Of a stretch of 64,000 nt of DNA, positions 1 through 11,762 are shown piece by piece. Positions within the stretch are counted from its first letter, which is position 1. The number at the start of each line of letters is the position of its first letter. The stretch is from an uncultured Holophagales bacterium. Its GTDB lineage: Bacteria > Acidobacteriota > Thermoanaerobaculia > Multivoradales > UBA5704. The notes under the pieces are model-generated. The model was given only the letters and a program-made list of their open reading frames with translations, had not been told where the DNA came from and did no database searches. The position numbers and the translations under genes were made by a program. The DNA lies in NCBI GenBank assembly GCA_963842525.1, contig CAWJGT010000029.1, forward strand, positions 1-64,000, given 5' to 3'.

Positions 1-556
1 GAGCAGGAAGGCGTACTCGGAGGCGGAGAAGCCCGATTCGTTGGAAGCCGGCCGCCAGACGATCTGGAACCAGGTCCCCTTGGGGGCGCGTGCCGCCAGC
101 GCCGCCGCGGCACGCAGCTCCCGCTGGAGGTCCGCGGAGCTCTGGGCGAGCGGCGGAGAGGTGCGGAACGTCAGCGCGACCCAGGGAGTTCCGCCGGCCT
201 GGCGGACCGCCGTCGCTGCTCTCGGCGAACCCGTTGGCGAACATCTCGCCTTCGAGGAGAGCCTCCTCCCAGGCGACATAGAACGGGCTGCCCGGCTCCA
301 ACTTGGCATCCAGCCGCAGCATCTCGGCGACCGCGGCCGGCGTTGTCGCGGGAGCAAGGCCAGGAGCGGCGGGAGGGGGAGCCGGAGCGGGCACAGAGGG
401 CGGCTCCAACGGCTCGGCGAGAGCTAGCGGGACGCTCTGCGGCGGGGAGGGATCGAGCCGTACACCAGCGCACGGCTTGCAAGGGAACGTGGCGGCCGAC
501 AAGCTGACCGGCAGGCACGAAAGGAATAGGAGGAAGAGGAGGGGTCTCAGGCGCAT
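1..556 (-). CDS. Secreted hypothetical protein (partial, runs off window; probable frameshift ~230-260)
   Basis: ATG at 556 gives a signal-peptide-like MRLRPLLFLLFLSCLPVSLSA, then TFPCKPCAGVRL and a Pro-rich linker. Protein-like sequence continues in another frame (GGTPWVALTFRT...SEYAFLL). Confidence 0.5.
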   Translation of the reverse strand, partial: MRLRPLLFLLFLSCLPVSLSAATFPCKPCAGVRLDPSPPQSVPLALAEPLEPPSVPAPAPPPAAPGLAPATTPAAVAEMLRLDAKLEPGSPFYVAWEEALLEGEMFANGFAESSDGGPPGRRNSLGRADVPHLSAARPELRGPPAGAACRGGAGGTRPQGDLVPDRLAAGFQRIGLLRLRVRLPA

Positions 557-673
557 AGCGGAACAGCATAACAACGGGCGGGGGCTGCTTCTTTCCGCAG
601 GTTTCCGCGGGCGTGGTCGCGCTGGCTCACGCGCAAGGTCGCGAGCTCCGCTGGTTTGTCAGGAGCGGCGCAG

Positions 674-1099
674 TCAAAGGCCTTCGAGCTCGAGCACCAG
701 CCGCTTGCCCAAGGCGTTGGCGGCGCGCTCCAACTGCTTGAGCGTGGGGTTGGCGTTGGGCTTCTCCAGACGCTGCACGGCGGGCCATGACGTGCCCAGG
801 GCCCGTGCCAACTCCGCCACGCTCTTGCCTGCGGCCTGCCGGGTCATGCGGAGCAGAATCGCCGTCTGCACCGCCGCGCTGGGGCTTGCCAGGGGCCGCC
901 GGGCGCGCTTGCTGGGCAGGGGGATCTCCATCCCATCCTCCAAACGTTGTGCCAGGATGCCTGTCAAGACCTCGGCCGCATTGAAGGCGCACTCTTCCGG
1001 GTTCGCGCCCTCCGTAAAGGCTTCTTCAATGTCCACGAATTGCACGACAAAGCCGCCGGTCTCCTGCGGTTCCAGGGTGTAAGGATATTCCAGCCTCAT
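674..1099 (-). CDS. hicB: HicB family antitoxin with C-terminal HTH
   Basis: YPYTLEPQETGGFVVQFVDIEEAFTEG HicB N-terminus plus an XRE-like HTH; ATGA overlap with hicA. Confidence 0.88.
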   Translation of the reverse strand: MRLEYPYTLEPQETGGFVVQFVDIEEAFTEGANPEECAFNAAEVLTGILAQRLEDGMEIPLPSKRARRPLASPSAAVQTAILLRMTRQAAGKSVAELARALGTSWPAVQRLEKPNANPTLKQLERAANALGKRLVLELEGL

Positions 1100-1281
1100 G
1101 CCAGCTTCACTCCAGTCTGTTTCTCGATTCTGCGAATCAGGCCGATGCCGAGCTCGCGTCCTGCGTGAACGGGAACCGGCACCGATTTGCCGTCCTTCTG
1201 CAGGATATGGTGACTTCCGCTGATACGGACTTCCTTCCACCCCGCAGTCTGCAGCTTCCTGACGACCTCTCTCCCGTACAC
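1096..1281 (-). CDS. hicA: HicA family mRNA interferase toxin
   Basis: 61 aa, GW..VRISGSHHIL...VPVPVH...LGIGL motif. Confidence 0.9.
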   Translation of the reverse strand: MYGREVVRKLQTAGWKEVRISGSHHILQKDGKSVPVPVHAGRELGIGLIRRIEKQTGVKLA

Positions 1282-1571
1282 AGGCGGAGTGTATCACGGA
1301 AGATATATCGCCATGTACTCAGACAGGAGCGGAGGGGAGCGAAGGTGAGACCTGCCGCAGGCCGCTGCGGTGAAGTGGGCGAAGGCCTCGCCTCCTCGGT
1401 GGCCCGCTCGATATCCTCCTTGTCCTGGGTGATCGCGACCTTGGTCATACACCAGTGGCGTCGCAGAAATCGTGCCAGAAGGATTGCTGCTTGTGCCGAA
1501 GGCAGGGTTCCGGCCACGAGGCGGAAGCCTAAGAATGCGTCCGTCTATTCGAGCCAGGGAGGTACCTTTCC

Positions 1572-2561
1572 ATGAGAAAGCTTGCCCTGGCCGTTTTCGC
1601 CGTCTGTCTCGCATCCTGCGGCTCCACGGGTTCCAGCGTCACGGCTCGGAATGCCGCAGTCCCTGCCCCGTCTCCAGTCGAGCATGACATCTGCCCACAG
1701 CTTCAGGCCGGGACCGAAATCCCTGAGATTTCCGTTACAGGCCCGCTACGGGTCCTCGCATTCGGTGACTTCGGCACGGGAAGCGCCGACCAAGAGAGGG
1801 TCGCTCGCGGCATGGCGAAGCAAGCGCCGTATCACCTTGGTATCACGCTCGGAGACAACTTTTACAGGCGCGGGTTGAACAGCCCGACCCACCCGCGGTG
1901 GCAGAGCCGCTGGGAGAACCTGTACTCCCTGCTGAACATCCGCATCTACGCCACGCTCGGGAATCACGACTACTTGGACGATGCCAGCCCGGACGCCGAA
2001 ATGGAGCGCTCGTCCCTGAGCCGGACCTGGTGCCTGCCCCAGCCGTCCTACACGTTCATTGCCGGGCCCGTACAGTTCTTCGCCATCGATACCGATCCGA
2101 TCGAGAGGAAGCTGCCCTGCGCGCGCCGGGAGCTCGCGTGGCTGAAAAAGGCTCTTGCGGACAGCAAGGCCACCTGGAAGATCGTGTACGGCCACCATCC
2201 GATCTACACCAATGGTGACCATGGCGAGGATCTCGGGTTCATCCCCGAGATCAAGCGCCAGCTTCTGCCCGTGCTGCGAGAGAAGGCGGACGTATACCTT
2301 GCCGGCCACGACCACGACCTGCAGGCTCTCAAGCCAGACGGGGGAGTCTGGTTCTTTGTCTCGGGCGGCGGCGGCCAGGACACGCGGCCTCTAAGGACCT
2401 CGGCGTGCCGACAGTGGGCCGACAGCATGCACGGGTTCACCGTACTTGAGGCGGACAATGAGAAGCTGACGGTGAGCTTCTTCGACGCGGACGGACAGCC
2501 CGTGCAGAACGGTCGCGTCGAGCTGAAGGAGGGCTCGCCAGCCCCGGATTGCCCTCGTTGA
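1572..2561 (+). CDS. Metallophosphoesterase / purple acid phosphatase-like lipoprotein
   Basis: Lipobox LASC; motifs GDFG, GDNFY, GNHD, GHHP, GHDH. Confidence 0.88.
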   Translation: MRKLALAVFAVCLASCGSTGSSVTARNAAVPAPSPVEHDICPQLQAGTEIPEISVTGPLRVLAFGDFGTGSADQERVARGMAKQAPYHLGITLGDNFYRRGLNSPTHPRWQSRWENLYSLLNIRIYATLGNHDYLDDASPDAEMERSSLSRTWCLPQPSYTFIAGPVQFFAIDTDPIERKLPCARRELAWLKKALADSKATWKIVYGHHPIYTNGDHGEDLGFIPEIKRQLLPVLREKADVYLAGHDHDLQALKPDGGVWFFVSGGGGQDTRPLRTSACRQWADSMHGFTVLEADNEKLTVSFFDADGQPVQNGRVELKEGSPAPDCPR

Positions 2562-2698
2562 GAGCGCATCGCTCGGAATTCCGGTTGCGTGGCGCGCCGG
2601 AAAGTGACCTGCTGCTCTCTGAGCCGCAAGCTATCCGGGCGGCGTAGATCGTGCGGGAACGCCATGACTCTTCTCCGGCATGATGGGGACGCGTCGCT

Positions 2699-3040
2699 TC
2701 AGTCGATCCCCTCCAGCCTGTCCGCGAACACCTGCACGAGCTTGCACCGCCGGCTCAGGCTGCAGATCTCTTCCCAACGATCGGCGATCGCTCGGTGGAA
2801 GTCTCTCATTCTCAGATTGCCGAGCCGGATATGGACCACACGAGGCGGAGGATCGCTCAGCATGATCCTGTCTGAGAAGTCGGTGTCTTTGGTCACGATG
2901 GTCAGATCCTTTTGCTTGGCGTAGCTCCAGGCTTCGGTGTCCGACCACTCGTCATCGAGGTCCCTGATATGCAGGAAGTCCGGCCCGCGCCAGACCGAGA
3001 AGTAGTACGGCAGGTTGACGTCGATGAGATAGCGGGCCAT
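2699..3040 (-). CDS. DUF5615 PIN-like (VapC45-type) protein
   Basis: YLIDVNLP...SDTEAW...IVTKDTDF...RVVHIRLGN. Confidence 0.82.
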   Translation of the reverse strand: MARYLIDVNLPYYFSVWRGPDFLHIRDLDDEWSDTEAWSYAKQKDLTIVTKDTDFSDRIMLSDPPPRVVHIRLGNLRMRDFHRAIADRWEEICSLSRRCKLVQVFADRLEGID

Positions 3041-3279
3041 CAGGCCGTCATCTTGACGACGTAGCCATGCCCCATCAGCCGGGCGGCGAAGGCCGCGCAG
3101 GCGTCAATATCCTCTGGCTCCAGGGATGGATACTGCCGCAGGATCTCTTCACGGGTCTCGCCCGCCCCAAGGAACTCGAGGATCGTCTGGACCGTGATCC
3201 TCTTTCCACGGATCGTGGGCCTGCCGTTGCAGAGGTCCGGGTCAATAGTGATTCGGCCCAAGAGATCAGCGATTCCCAT
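3040..3279 (-). CDS. DUF433 domain antitoxin-like protein
   Basis: RITIDPDLCNGRPTIRGKRITV...EEILRQYPSLEPEDI; coupled to DUF5615. Confidence 0.88.
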   Translation of the reverse strand: MGIADLLGRITIDPDLCNGRPTIRGKRITVQTILEFLGAGETREEILRQYPSLEPEDIDACAAFAARLMGHGYVVKMTA

Positions 3280-3346
3280 GTCCGCCAGCATACCAGCATT
3301 GCCGCCGATCTCCGGTCCGTCCGACCCTGCTACAATCCGCGCAACC

Positions 3347-4447
3347 ATGGAATTCTCGGGTCGACTGGCCGCCTTCCCCATGGGCGACCTGCTCCAATGG
3401 GCCAAGAACGAGCTGCGGACCGGCTCGCTCGTCGTTCGCCGTAGCGAGAGGGAGAAGCGCGTCTACTTCCACCGCGGCGACGTGGTCGGCTGCGTGTCGG
3501 ACGATCCCGCCGAGTTCTATGGCCAGTACCTGCTCGTCAACGGCTACCTCGACGAGAAGTCGCTCTTCGAGGCGCTCACCCGCTGCACGCAACGCAGCGT
3601 GCGCCTGGGCACGGCCCTGCGCGAGCTCGACCTGCTGCCCGCGGACGTGATCCAGAGCACGCTCCGCAGCCAGATCGCCGACGCCATCTGCGGCCTCTTC
3701 CTGTGGCCGCGCGGCCTCTTCTATTTCCAGGCCGAGATGCCGCACGAGGAGGAGATCCTGCCGGAGCCGATCGATCCGATGGCGCTGGTCCTGGAAGGCT
3801 CCCGCTGGGCGGACGAGCTCACGCGCATCCGCCGCCTCTTCCCGCACGACGGGGTGGTGCTGCAACGGGGCGAGCGCTGGCCGGGGGAGGATCTCTCGCC
3901 CATCGACCGGCGGGTTGCCAACGCGGTGGACGGCCGCAAGACGGTAGGCGACGTCTACAAGAAGGTGCGCGGCTCCTACTTCCGCTTCCTGGAGAGCGTC
4001 TACGGGCTGTGCGTCGCGTCGGTGCTCGACATCGAGGAGGAGGGGGAGCCGGCCGAGGCGGCGACGTTCGAGATGAGCGTCTACGACCTGATGTTGGAGC
4101 AGGCCACGGAGGACCAGGTGCTGGTGGCCCGCCGGCACATGGCGGTGCCGTTGGACCTCCTGGAGCGCTGGGTCCCGGTCTGGGTGGCGGAGCCCTCGCC
4201 GGAGGACCAGAACCGCATGCCTTCCCGGGCGCGCGACTTCTACGCCCGCTTCGACGGCCGGACCCCGCTGGGGGAGGCGTTCTCAGGCGATCCGCGCCAG
4301 CGCGGCCGGGAGCTGGACCTCTTCCTCCACCAGCTCCAGAAGGGGAGCCTGGCCATCCTCCCCGCGCCGATCGACCAGCTCGAAGCTGAAGCCGAGAAGC
4401 AGGCCCTGCCACCCCTCCAGCGATGGTGGAAGCGGGTGTTCCGGTAG
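3347..4447 (+). CDS. DUF4388 (PatA N-terminal-like) domain protein
   Basis: FSGRLAAFPMGDLLQW...RTGSL...VYFHRG; FLWPRGLFYF. Confidence 0.78.
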   Translation: MEFSGRLAAFPMGDLLQWAKNELRTGSLVVRRSEREKRVYFHRGDVVGCVSDDPAEFYGQYLLVNGYLDEKSLFEALTRCTQRSVRLGTALRELDLLPADVIQSTLRSQIADAICGLFLWPRGLFYFQAEMPHEEEILPEPIDPMALVLEGSRWADELTRIRRLFPHDGVVLQRGERWPGEDLSPIDRRVANAVDGRKTVGDVYKKVRGSYFRFLESVYGLCVASVLDIEEEGEPAEAATFEMSVYDLMLEQATEDQVLVARRHMAVPLDLLERWVPVWVAEPSPEDQNRMPSRARDFYARFDGRTPLGEAFSGDPRQRGRELDLFLHQLQKGSLAILPAPIDQLEAEAEKQALPPLQRWWKRVFR

Positions 4448-4449
4448 GG

Positions 4450-5493
4450 CTACTCCGCCGCCGCCGCCGGCACCTCCCGCACCGCCGCCGGAGCCACCGG
4501 CAGGCCCAATTTCTCGCGGATCTTCAGCTCGATCTCGTCGGCGAGGTCCGGGTTGTCGCGGAGGAAGTTCTTGGCGTTGTCCCGTCCCTGGCCGAGGCGG
4601 AGGTCGCCGTAGGAGTACCAGGCGCCGCTCTTGATCACCATCTTGTGCTCCACGCCGAGGTCGACCAGCTCGCCGATGCGCGAGATCCCCTCGCCGTAGT
4701 CGATGTCGAACTCGGCCTGCCGGAAGGGCGCGGCCACCTTGTTCTTGACCACCTTGACCTTGGCCCGCGAGCCGGTCACCAGCTCGCCGTCCTTGAGCGA
4801 GGCGATGCGCCGGATGTCGATGCGCACCGAGGCGTAGAACTTGAGCGCCCGGCCGCCGGTGGTCGTCTCCGGGTTGCCGAACATGACCCCGATCTTCTCG
4901 CGGATCTGGTTGATGAAGACCAGGCAGGTCTGCGACTTGGAGACGATCGCGGTCAGCTTGCGCAGCGCCTGGGACATGAGGCGCGCCTGGAGGCCGACGT
5001 GGGAGTCGCCCATCTCGCCTTCGAGCTCGGCCTTGGGCACCAGGGCCGCCACCGAGTCGATCACGACCACGTCGACGCCGTTGCTGCGCACCAGCATCTC
5101 GGCGATCTCCAGCGCCTGCTCGCCGTTGTCCGGCTGCGACACCAGCAAATTGTCGATGTCGACCCCCAGCTTGCGGGCGTACTCGGCGTCGAGGGCGTGC
5201 TCGGCGTCGATGAAGGCGGCGATGCCGCCGCGCCGCTGCGCCTGCCCGACCACGGAGAGGGCGAGCGTCGTCTTGCCCGACGACTCCGGGCCGTAGACCT
5301 CGACCACCCGGCCGCGCGGGAAGCCGCCGATGCCGATCGCGGAGTCGACCGCGATCGAGCCGGTAGGGATCGCCTCGATCGCCAGGATCTCGCGCTGGCC
5401 GAGGCGCATGATCGCGCCCTTGCCGAACTGGCGCTCGATCTGGGAGAGGGCGCCGTCGACAGCCTTCAATCGGTCAATCTTGAGCTCTGCCAT
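4450..5493 (-). CDS. recA: Recombinase RecA
   Basis: GPESSGKTT Walker [37 protein letters not shown]. Confidence 0.99.
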   Translation of the reverse strand: MAELKIDRLKAVDGALSQIERQFGKGAIMRLGQREILAIEAIPTGSIAVDSAIGIGGFPRGRVVEVYGPESSGKTTLALSVVGQAQRRGGIAAFIDAEHALDAEYARKLGVDIDNLLVSQPDNGEQALEIAEMLVRSNGVDVVVIDSVAALVPKAELEGEMGDSHVGLQARLMSQALRKLTAIVSKSQTCLVFINQIREKIGVMFGNPETTTGGRALKFYASVRIDIRRIASLKDGELVTGSRAKVKVVKNKVAAPFRQAEFDIDYGEGISRIGELVDLGVEHKMVIKSGAWYSYGDLRLGQGRDNAKNFLRDNPDLADEIELKIREKLGLPVAPAAVREVPAAAAE

Positions 5494-5794
5494 GGTCGTA
5501 TTCGCTCCTTGCGCCCCCCGCCGGGGGATCTTGGGGTTCTTTCGAGGGCGTTCATGGACCTCGGTTCCGGGAACGCCCCGTGACGTCTGGTCGGAAATGA
5601 CGGCCGGTTACCGCCTCGTGGCTACCCCCATGGTAGAGGACGGGAATCCAGGGGTCAATCTCGATGTTGCCGATCTCGCGAGACCCATCGGACGACCCCT
5701 GTTTCGAGGCCGGCCTGAGGCCGATTTGGACGCAATCAGAATCGATGGGATCGATCATTCGCTATAATCTCTGCTCCTGCGAAACGGAGACCCG

Positions 5795-6205
5795 ATGACT
5801 CCTGCGGCCGTCCTTGCTCTTGGTGTCCTCAGCCTGGCGCTGGTGGCCTGCGCGCCCGGCGAGCCCGAGATCCGGTCTCGTTACCAGGCGGCGCTGGACG
5901 GCTTCGAGGTGCGCCAGCAGCCTGGTACGCCGGACCAACTGGGCCGGCGCCTGGACCAGGACGTCATTCTCCACCTGAGCATCCAGCACGACAGCCCCGA
6001 GACGCTGCCGCGGCTCCCGCTCGACGTCACCCGGGTCGATGTCCAGGGGCGCGTCCGCGAGCACCGGCGGGTATGGGTCGACACGTCGCGCATCGGACGG
6101 GGACAGGCGGCTCCGGTCACCCAGCAGTTGGAGGACGTCGTGTACCGACCGGGCGACGGCTTCCGGATCTCGATCTCCCAAACAGACGACGGACCTTCTG
6201 CGTAG
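5795..6205 (+). CDS. Hypothetical lipoprotein
   Basis: Signal peptide with LVAC lipobox; directly upstream of moxR. Confidence 0.55.
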   Translation: MTPAAVLALGVLSLALVACAPGEPEIRSRYQAALDGFEVRQQPGTPDQLGRRLDQDVILHLSIQHDSPETLPRLPLDVTRVDVQGRVREHRRVWVDTSRIGRGQAAPVTQQLEDVVYRPGDGFRISISQTDDGPSA

Positions 6206-6215
6206 ACGGAGCATC

Positions 6216-7177
<962 letters not shown>

Positions 7178-7181
<4 letters not shown>

Positions 7182-8290
7182 ACGCTGTGAAGCTCCCCTG
7201 GACGAAGGGCTCGGGGTACTCGGAGAAGGACGGCCGGGGACCCGTGCGCCGCCGCCGCGCCGTGCCCGAGGGGATCCGCATCACCACCGTCGGGCTCTGG
7301 TTCGTCCTCCTCTCCTTCCTGGTGGCGATCGCGGCGACCAACACCGGCAACAACTCCCTGTACACCGTGCTGGCCCTGATGTTCGCGGTGCTGATCCACT
7401 CCGGCCTGCTGTCGCGCGAGAACGTGCGCGGGCTGGAGATCGATCTGGCGCCGCCGGGCGAGGTGTTCGCCAACCGCCCGTTCTCGCTGGGGTTCGAGCT
7501 GCGCAGCCGCTCGCGCCTGCTGCCGCGCTGGTTCCTGCTCTTCACGGTGTCGCGTTCGTTCCAGCCGCTGCTCGTCCCCTTTTTGCCGCGGCGGGGCAAG
7601 AGCGTCGGCCAGATCGAGATGATGATCCGCGCCCGCGGCCGGCACCTGCTGCCCTGGGCCCACGTGTCGAGCCTCTTCCCCTTCGGCTTCTTCCGCAAGG
7701 GGGTGCGCTACCCCGTGGACCTCGAGATCCTGGTCTTTCCCGAGATCTTCCCTGCTGCCGGGACCCGTCCGCAGGAGGTCGACCAGCTCGGCGAGGACGC
7801 GAGCCGCTACAAGGGCGCCGGCCACGGGCTCCACTCGCTGCGCCACTACCGCCTCGGCGACGACCCGCGGGGCATCCACTGGAAGCAGACGGCGCGCACC
7901 GGCTCGATGATCTACATGGAGCGTGAGTCCGAGCGCAGCCGCCGGCTTTCGATCCTGTTCGACAACGCGGTCGGCGAGCTGTCCGAGCCTGTCGCGCAGG
8001 AGCGCTTCGAGCGGCTGGTCAGCGAGGCGGCCACCGCCGCGGTCGACCACCTGGCCCGCGGCTGGGAGGTCGAGCTGGTGACGCGCGATCACAACCTGGG
8101 ATTCGCCAGCGGGCCGCGGCAGCGTCTGGCGGTCCTCGAGACGCTCGCCCTGGTTGCGCCCGTCCCCCGCCGGGCTGATCCCCTGTTGTCGAGCGACGCG
8201 CGGGCGCCGCAGCTCCGGGTCCACATGGACGTAGACGCTGAGGGTGAATCCCGGGAGCGCCCACTGCTGAGGGCACCGAGGGCGGTATGA
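7178..8290 (+). CDS. DUF58 domain protein
   Basis: LRHYRLGDDPRGIHWKQTAR motif; follows MoxR. Confidence 0.9.
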
Positions 8291-10368
8291 GCTTCGGACG
8301 GCAGAAGCGGATCCTCCTCGGCCTGCTTGCGCTCCTCGCGCCGGTCCCTCTCCCCTTCAACGACGTGGTGAGCTGGCCGGTGGTGGCGCTCTACCTGCTC
8401 GGGGTGGTCCTCTTCCTGCGCCGCGCCTGGGACGATCCGCCGCGCTGGCTGCCGATCTGGGCGATGAACGTCCTGGGCCTGATCTACGTCCCGCTCTTCT
8501 TCTTCGACCTTTCGGTCCTGTCGGGCGGCCGGCTGGTGCGCGCGGTCCTGCACCTGTGCCTCTTCGCGCTGCTGGTCAAGCTCTGGTCGCTGGCGCGCGA
8601 GCGCGACAAGTGGCAGGCGGCGATCGGCATCTTCTTCCTTTTCCTGGCCGCCATGGGCACCAGCGTCCACCCGACCATCATGCTCTACCTGATGGCCTTC
8701 CTGGTGATCACGCTGTGGATGCTCACCCGCTTCGCGTTCCTGCACGTCCTGGCCGGCTTCGGCCGCGAGGATCCGGCCCTGGCGCGGCTGCCCCTGCGCG
8801 GGTTCATGGGGTTTTCGGCGGTCTGCATCCTGCTGCTGGCCGTGCCGCTGTTCGCGGTCCTGCCGCGCGTCCGCTCGCCCTACATCGTCGGGCGCGGCGT
8901 GGGGACCGGCACGCAGATCGAGGCCGGCGGTTTCTCCGACGAGGTGACCCTCGATTCGATCGGCCAGATCCGCGACAGCCGCGAGGTGGCGATGCGGCTG
9001 GTCGAGGAGGGGACTCTCGATCCCAACCGGGAGATGCGTTTCAAGGCCGCGACCTACGACGTCTACAAGGGGTCGAGCTGGCAGCGGTCGCCCACGCGCT
9101 CGGTGCTCTATCGCAGCGAGCGCATGCGCTTGTGGCTGCGCCGCCAGCCGCCCCAGCGCTGGGTGAAGATCTGGCTGCAGCCGCTGCACAGCCGGAGCCT
9201 CCCGCTTCCCGTCGACTCCGTCGTCGTCGAGCCGCGCGTGCAGTCCCTGGACATGGACCAGGGCGGCGCGCTGTCGTTCCGGTTCGATCCGCTCGAGATC
9301 CGCGAGTACCGGGTCGGCCTCATCGACCGGCCGGTCCTGGTCGGCTCCGAGCCCGACGGCGCCGAGGACCCGGCGCTCGACCCGAGCGGGGTGACGCCGC
9401 GCATCGCCGAGCTCGCCCGCCAGGTGATGGGGGAGGGGGACCCGGCCGAGCGCGTCCGCCGGCTCGAGTCGCACCTGATCCAGAGCTACGACTACACGCT
9501 GAATTTCCAGGGCCGCTCCAACGACAACCCGATCGAGGATTTCCTGTTCCGCTACCGGAGCGGCCAGTGCGAGTACTTCGCCTCTTCGATGGTGCTGCTG
9601 CTGCGCTCCCAGGGGGTCCCGGCCCGCCTGGTGACCGGCTTCCTGGGCGGCGAGTACAACCCTTTCGAGGGGTACTTCATCGTCCGCGACAGCAACGCCC
9701 ACGCCTGGGTCGAGGCCTGGGTGCCCGGCGAAGGGTGGCGGATCTTCGATCCCACGCCTCCCGCCGGCCGCCCGTCCGAGGTGGAGCAGGGCGGCTTGCT
9801 CCTGATGCAGCAGGCCTGGGACTACCTGCTCTTCCGCTGGGACCGCTACGTCCTGACCTTCGGCGTCTACGACCAGATCCGCATCTTCTCCAGCTTGCGC
9901 GAGATGTGGTCCGGCTTCTGGCGCCTCTTCGACCGCAAGGAGAAGCCGGAGCCGGAGGAACCCGCCGCCACCGCACCTTCCTTCGGTGCGGAGGGGCCGG
10001 CGAGCACGGAGTCGCAATCCCCGATGCCCGGCGTACCGCTGCCGGTGGCCATCGGGCTCACCCTGTTCGCGGCGGCGGCCTACGTCCTCTATCTGCGCTT
10101 CCGGCCGCCGCTCACCGCCACCGCGGCCTACCGGCAGCTCCGCCACCGCCTCGGTCGCCGCGGCGCTCCGGTCCCGGACTCGATTCCGCCGCTCCGCCTC
10201 GGCCAGGAGGCCGCCGCCCGCTATCCCGCCGCGGCCGAGCCGGCCGCCCGCATCGTCGACTTCTACCTCCGCGAGAGCTTCGGCGGCGAGGAGCTGCGGG
10301 ACGACGAACGCCAGGAGCTCAAGGAGGCCCTGGAAGAGGCGCAGCGACGGATGCGCAAGGCAAGCTGA
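8287..10368 (+). CDS. Transglutaminase TgpA-like membrane protein (DUF3488)
   Basis: Multi-TM N-terminus; GQCEYFAS, AHAWVE, FDPTP catalytic motifs. Confidence 0.9.
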   Translation: MSFGRQKRILLGLLALLAPVPLPFNDVVSWPVVALYLLGVVLFLRRAWDDPPRWLPIWAMNVLGLIYVPLFFFDLSVLSGGRLVRAVLHLCLFALLVKLWSLARERDKWQAAIGIFFLFLAAMGTSVHPTIMLYLMAFLVITLWMLTRFAFLHVLAGFGREDPALARLPLRGFMGFSAVCILLLAVPLFAVLPRVRSPYIVGRGVGTGTQIEAGGFSDEVTLDSIGQIRDSREVAMRLVEEGTLDPNREMRFKAATYDVYKGSSWQRSPTRSVLYRSERMRLWLRRQPPQRWVKIWLQPLHSRSLPLPVDSVVVEPRVQSLDMDQGGALSFRFDPLEIREYRVGLIDRPVLVGSEPDGAEDPALDPSGVTPRIAELARQVMGEGDPAERVRRLESHLIQSYDYTLNFQGRSNDNPIEDFLFRYRSGQCEYFASSMVLLLRSQGVPARLVTGFLGGEYNPFEGYFIVRDSNAHAWVEAWVPGEGWRIFDPTPPAGRPSEVEQGGLLLMQQAWDYLLFRWDRYVLTFGVYDQIRIFSSLREMWSGFWRLFDRKEKPEPEEPAATAPSFGAEGPASTESQSPMPGVPLPVAIGLTLFAAAAYVLYLRFRPPLTATAAYRQLRHRLGRRGAPVPDSIPPLRLGQEAAARYPAAAEPAARIVDFYLRESFGGEELRDDERQELKEALEEAQRRMRKAS

Positions 10369-10455
10369 CCTCACCCGCCCGTAGTATCATCAGGGCCTCC
10401 AATCCCTTGTCCTCGACATGGCTGCCCTCGCTGCGGAGGGTGCCGGGAGGCTCTC

Positions 10456-11244
10456 ATGCTCTGGCTCTACCACATCCCCACCTGGCTGCTCGGTGTCCTG
10501 GTTGTCTCATCCTTCATCCTCCTCTCCTCGCTCGGGCTGATCCTGACCCGCGGTCTGGCGAAGAGGAAGATCGCGGCCTCCGACAACGATCTCGCGAACT
10601 ACTTCATCTCGGCTGTCGGAGTCTTCTACGCCCTGCTCGTCGGCCTGATCGCGGTCGCGGTCTGGGAGAGCTACAGCTCGGTGGAGGCCATCGTGACCGA
10701 GGAAGCGGTGTCGATCTCCGAGCTGTACCGCGACCTCGAAGGCTACCCCGATGCCGACCGGGACCGCCTGCGGGGCCTCCTGCGGGACTATCTCCATCAC
10801 GTCATCGAGGTGGAGTGGCCGGCCCAGGAGTGGGGCGAGGTCCATCCCGACGAGCGAAGACTGGTCGACAAGATCGTGCATCAATGGGTCCATTTCGAGC
10901 CCGTCACGGAGGGGCAGAAGGCGATCCATGCCGAGTGCCTGCGCGAGCTCAACGTCTTTCTGGGCTGCCGGCGCGAGCGCATCCAGGCGGTCGACAGCCA
11001 CCTGCCCGGCCTCCTGTGGTTCATCGTACTGGCTGGGGCTGTCCTCACGATCGGGCTGACCTATCTCTTCTGGACGGATAACCGCGGCCTCCACCTGCTG
11101 TTGACCGGCTTCCTGAGCACCATGATCGGGCTCGTCATTTTCGTGATCCTCGCGCTGGACCGTCCGCTGGTGGGAGAGGTGAGCGTGCCGCCGGACAGCT
11201 TCCGGGAGGTCCTCGACTCGGCCCTGCGGACCTCCGGGCTCTGA
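10456..11244 (+). CDS. DUF4239 / bestrophin-like membrane protein
   Basis: GVFYALLVGLIAVAVW, R..R motif, LDRPL.G...V. Confidence 0.75.
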   Translation: MLWLYHIPTWLLGVLVVSSFILLSSLGLILTRGLAKRKIAASDNDLANYFISAVGVFYALLVGLIAVAVWESYSSVEAIVTEEAVSISELYRDLEGYPDADRDRLRGLLRDYLHHVIEVEWPAQEWGEVHPDERRLVDKIVHQWVHFEPVTEGQKAIHAECLRELNVFLGCRRERIQAVDSHLPGLLWFIVLAGAVLTIGLTYLFWTDNRGLHLLLTGFLSTMIGLVIFVILALDRPLVGEVSVPPDSFREVLDSALRTSGL

Positions 11245-11298
11245 CGAGCCTCGTGTCTGCACAAACCTTGCATCCCTGAGGACGGCAAGGAGGACGCC

Positions 11299-11721
11299 AT
11301 GCGCAAGACAACGACTCTCTGGCTCTGCCTACCGCTTCTCGTCCTGATCTCGTCGCAGCCGGCGCAGGCCTGCTCCTGCGCGCCGCTCCCGGAGCCGCAG
11401 CAGGCGGCAGAAGGAGCGGACGCGGTCTTCTCCGGCACGGTGCTGGAGGTGACCTCGTCCGGCGGCCTGCAGAATCAGGTGACGATCCGGGTGGACGAGG
11501 TCTGGAAGGGCGCCAAGTGCGGCGAGGTGACGATTACGACCCCGTTGGACAGCGCGGCCTGCGGCTATGCCTTCCAGCCAGACACGAGCTATCTCATCTA
11601 TGCCACGAAAGAGAAGGGAAAGCTGAGCACCAACCTCTGCACCCGCACCCGCCTGCTCAGCGAGGCCGGCGACGACCGGACGGCCCTCGGCCCACCGAAG
11701 GAGGATTGCGGGGCGAAGTAA
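11299..11721 (+). CDS. Secreted TIMP/NTR-like protein
   Basis: Signal peptide AQA then CSC; ADAVFSGTV, ACGY.F, YLIYA, NLCTRT. Confidence 0.7.
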   Translation: MRKTTTLWLCLPLLVLISSQPAQACSCAPLPEPQQAAEGADAVFSGTVLEVTSSGGLQNQVTIRVDEVWKGAKCGEVTITTPLDSAACGYAFQPDTSYLIYATKEKGKLSTNLCTRTRLLSEAGDDRTALGPPKEDCGAK

Positions 11722-11762
11722 AAGTGACGGGCCCGCCGCTTGAGCGCGGAAGACACTTCCGG

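Noticed and set aside
1294-1517. Possible gene remnant between hicA and the phosphatase
   Set aside because: Only a short protein-like stretch (MTKVAITQDKEDIERATEE) with no recognisable family.
5536-5567. LexA box upstream of recA
   Set aside because: Three GTTC occur with N10 spacing rather than the N7 of the known GTTC-N7-GTTC box; such a short motif could be chance.
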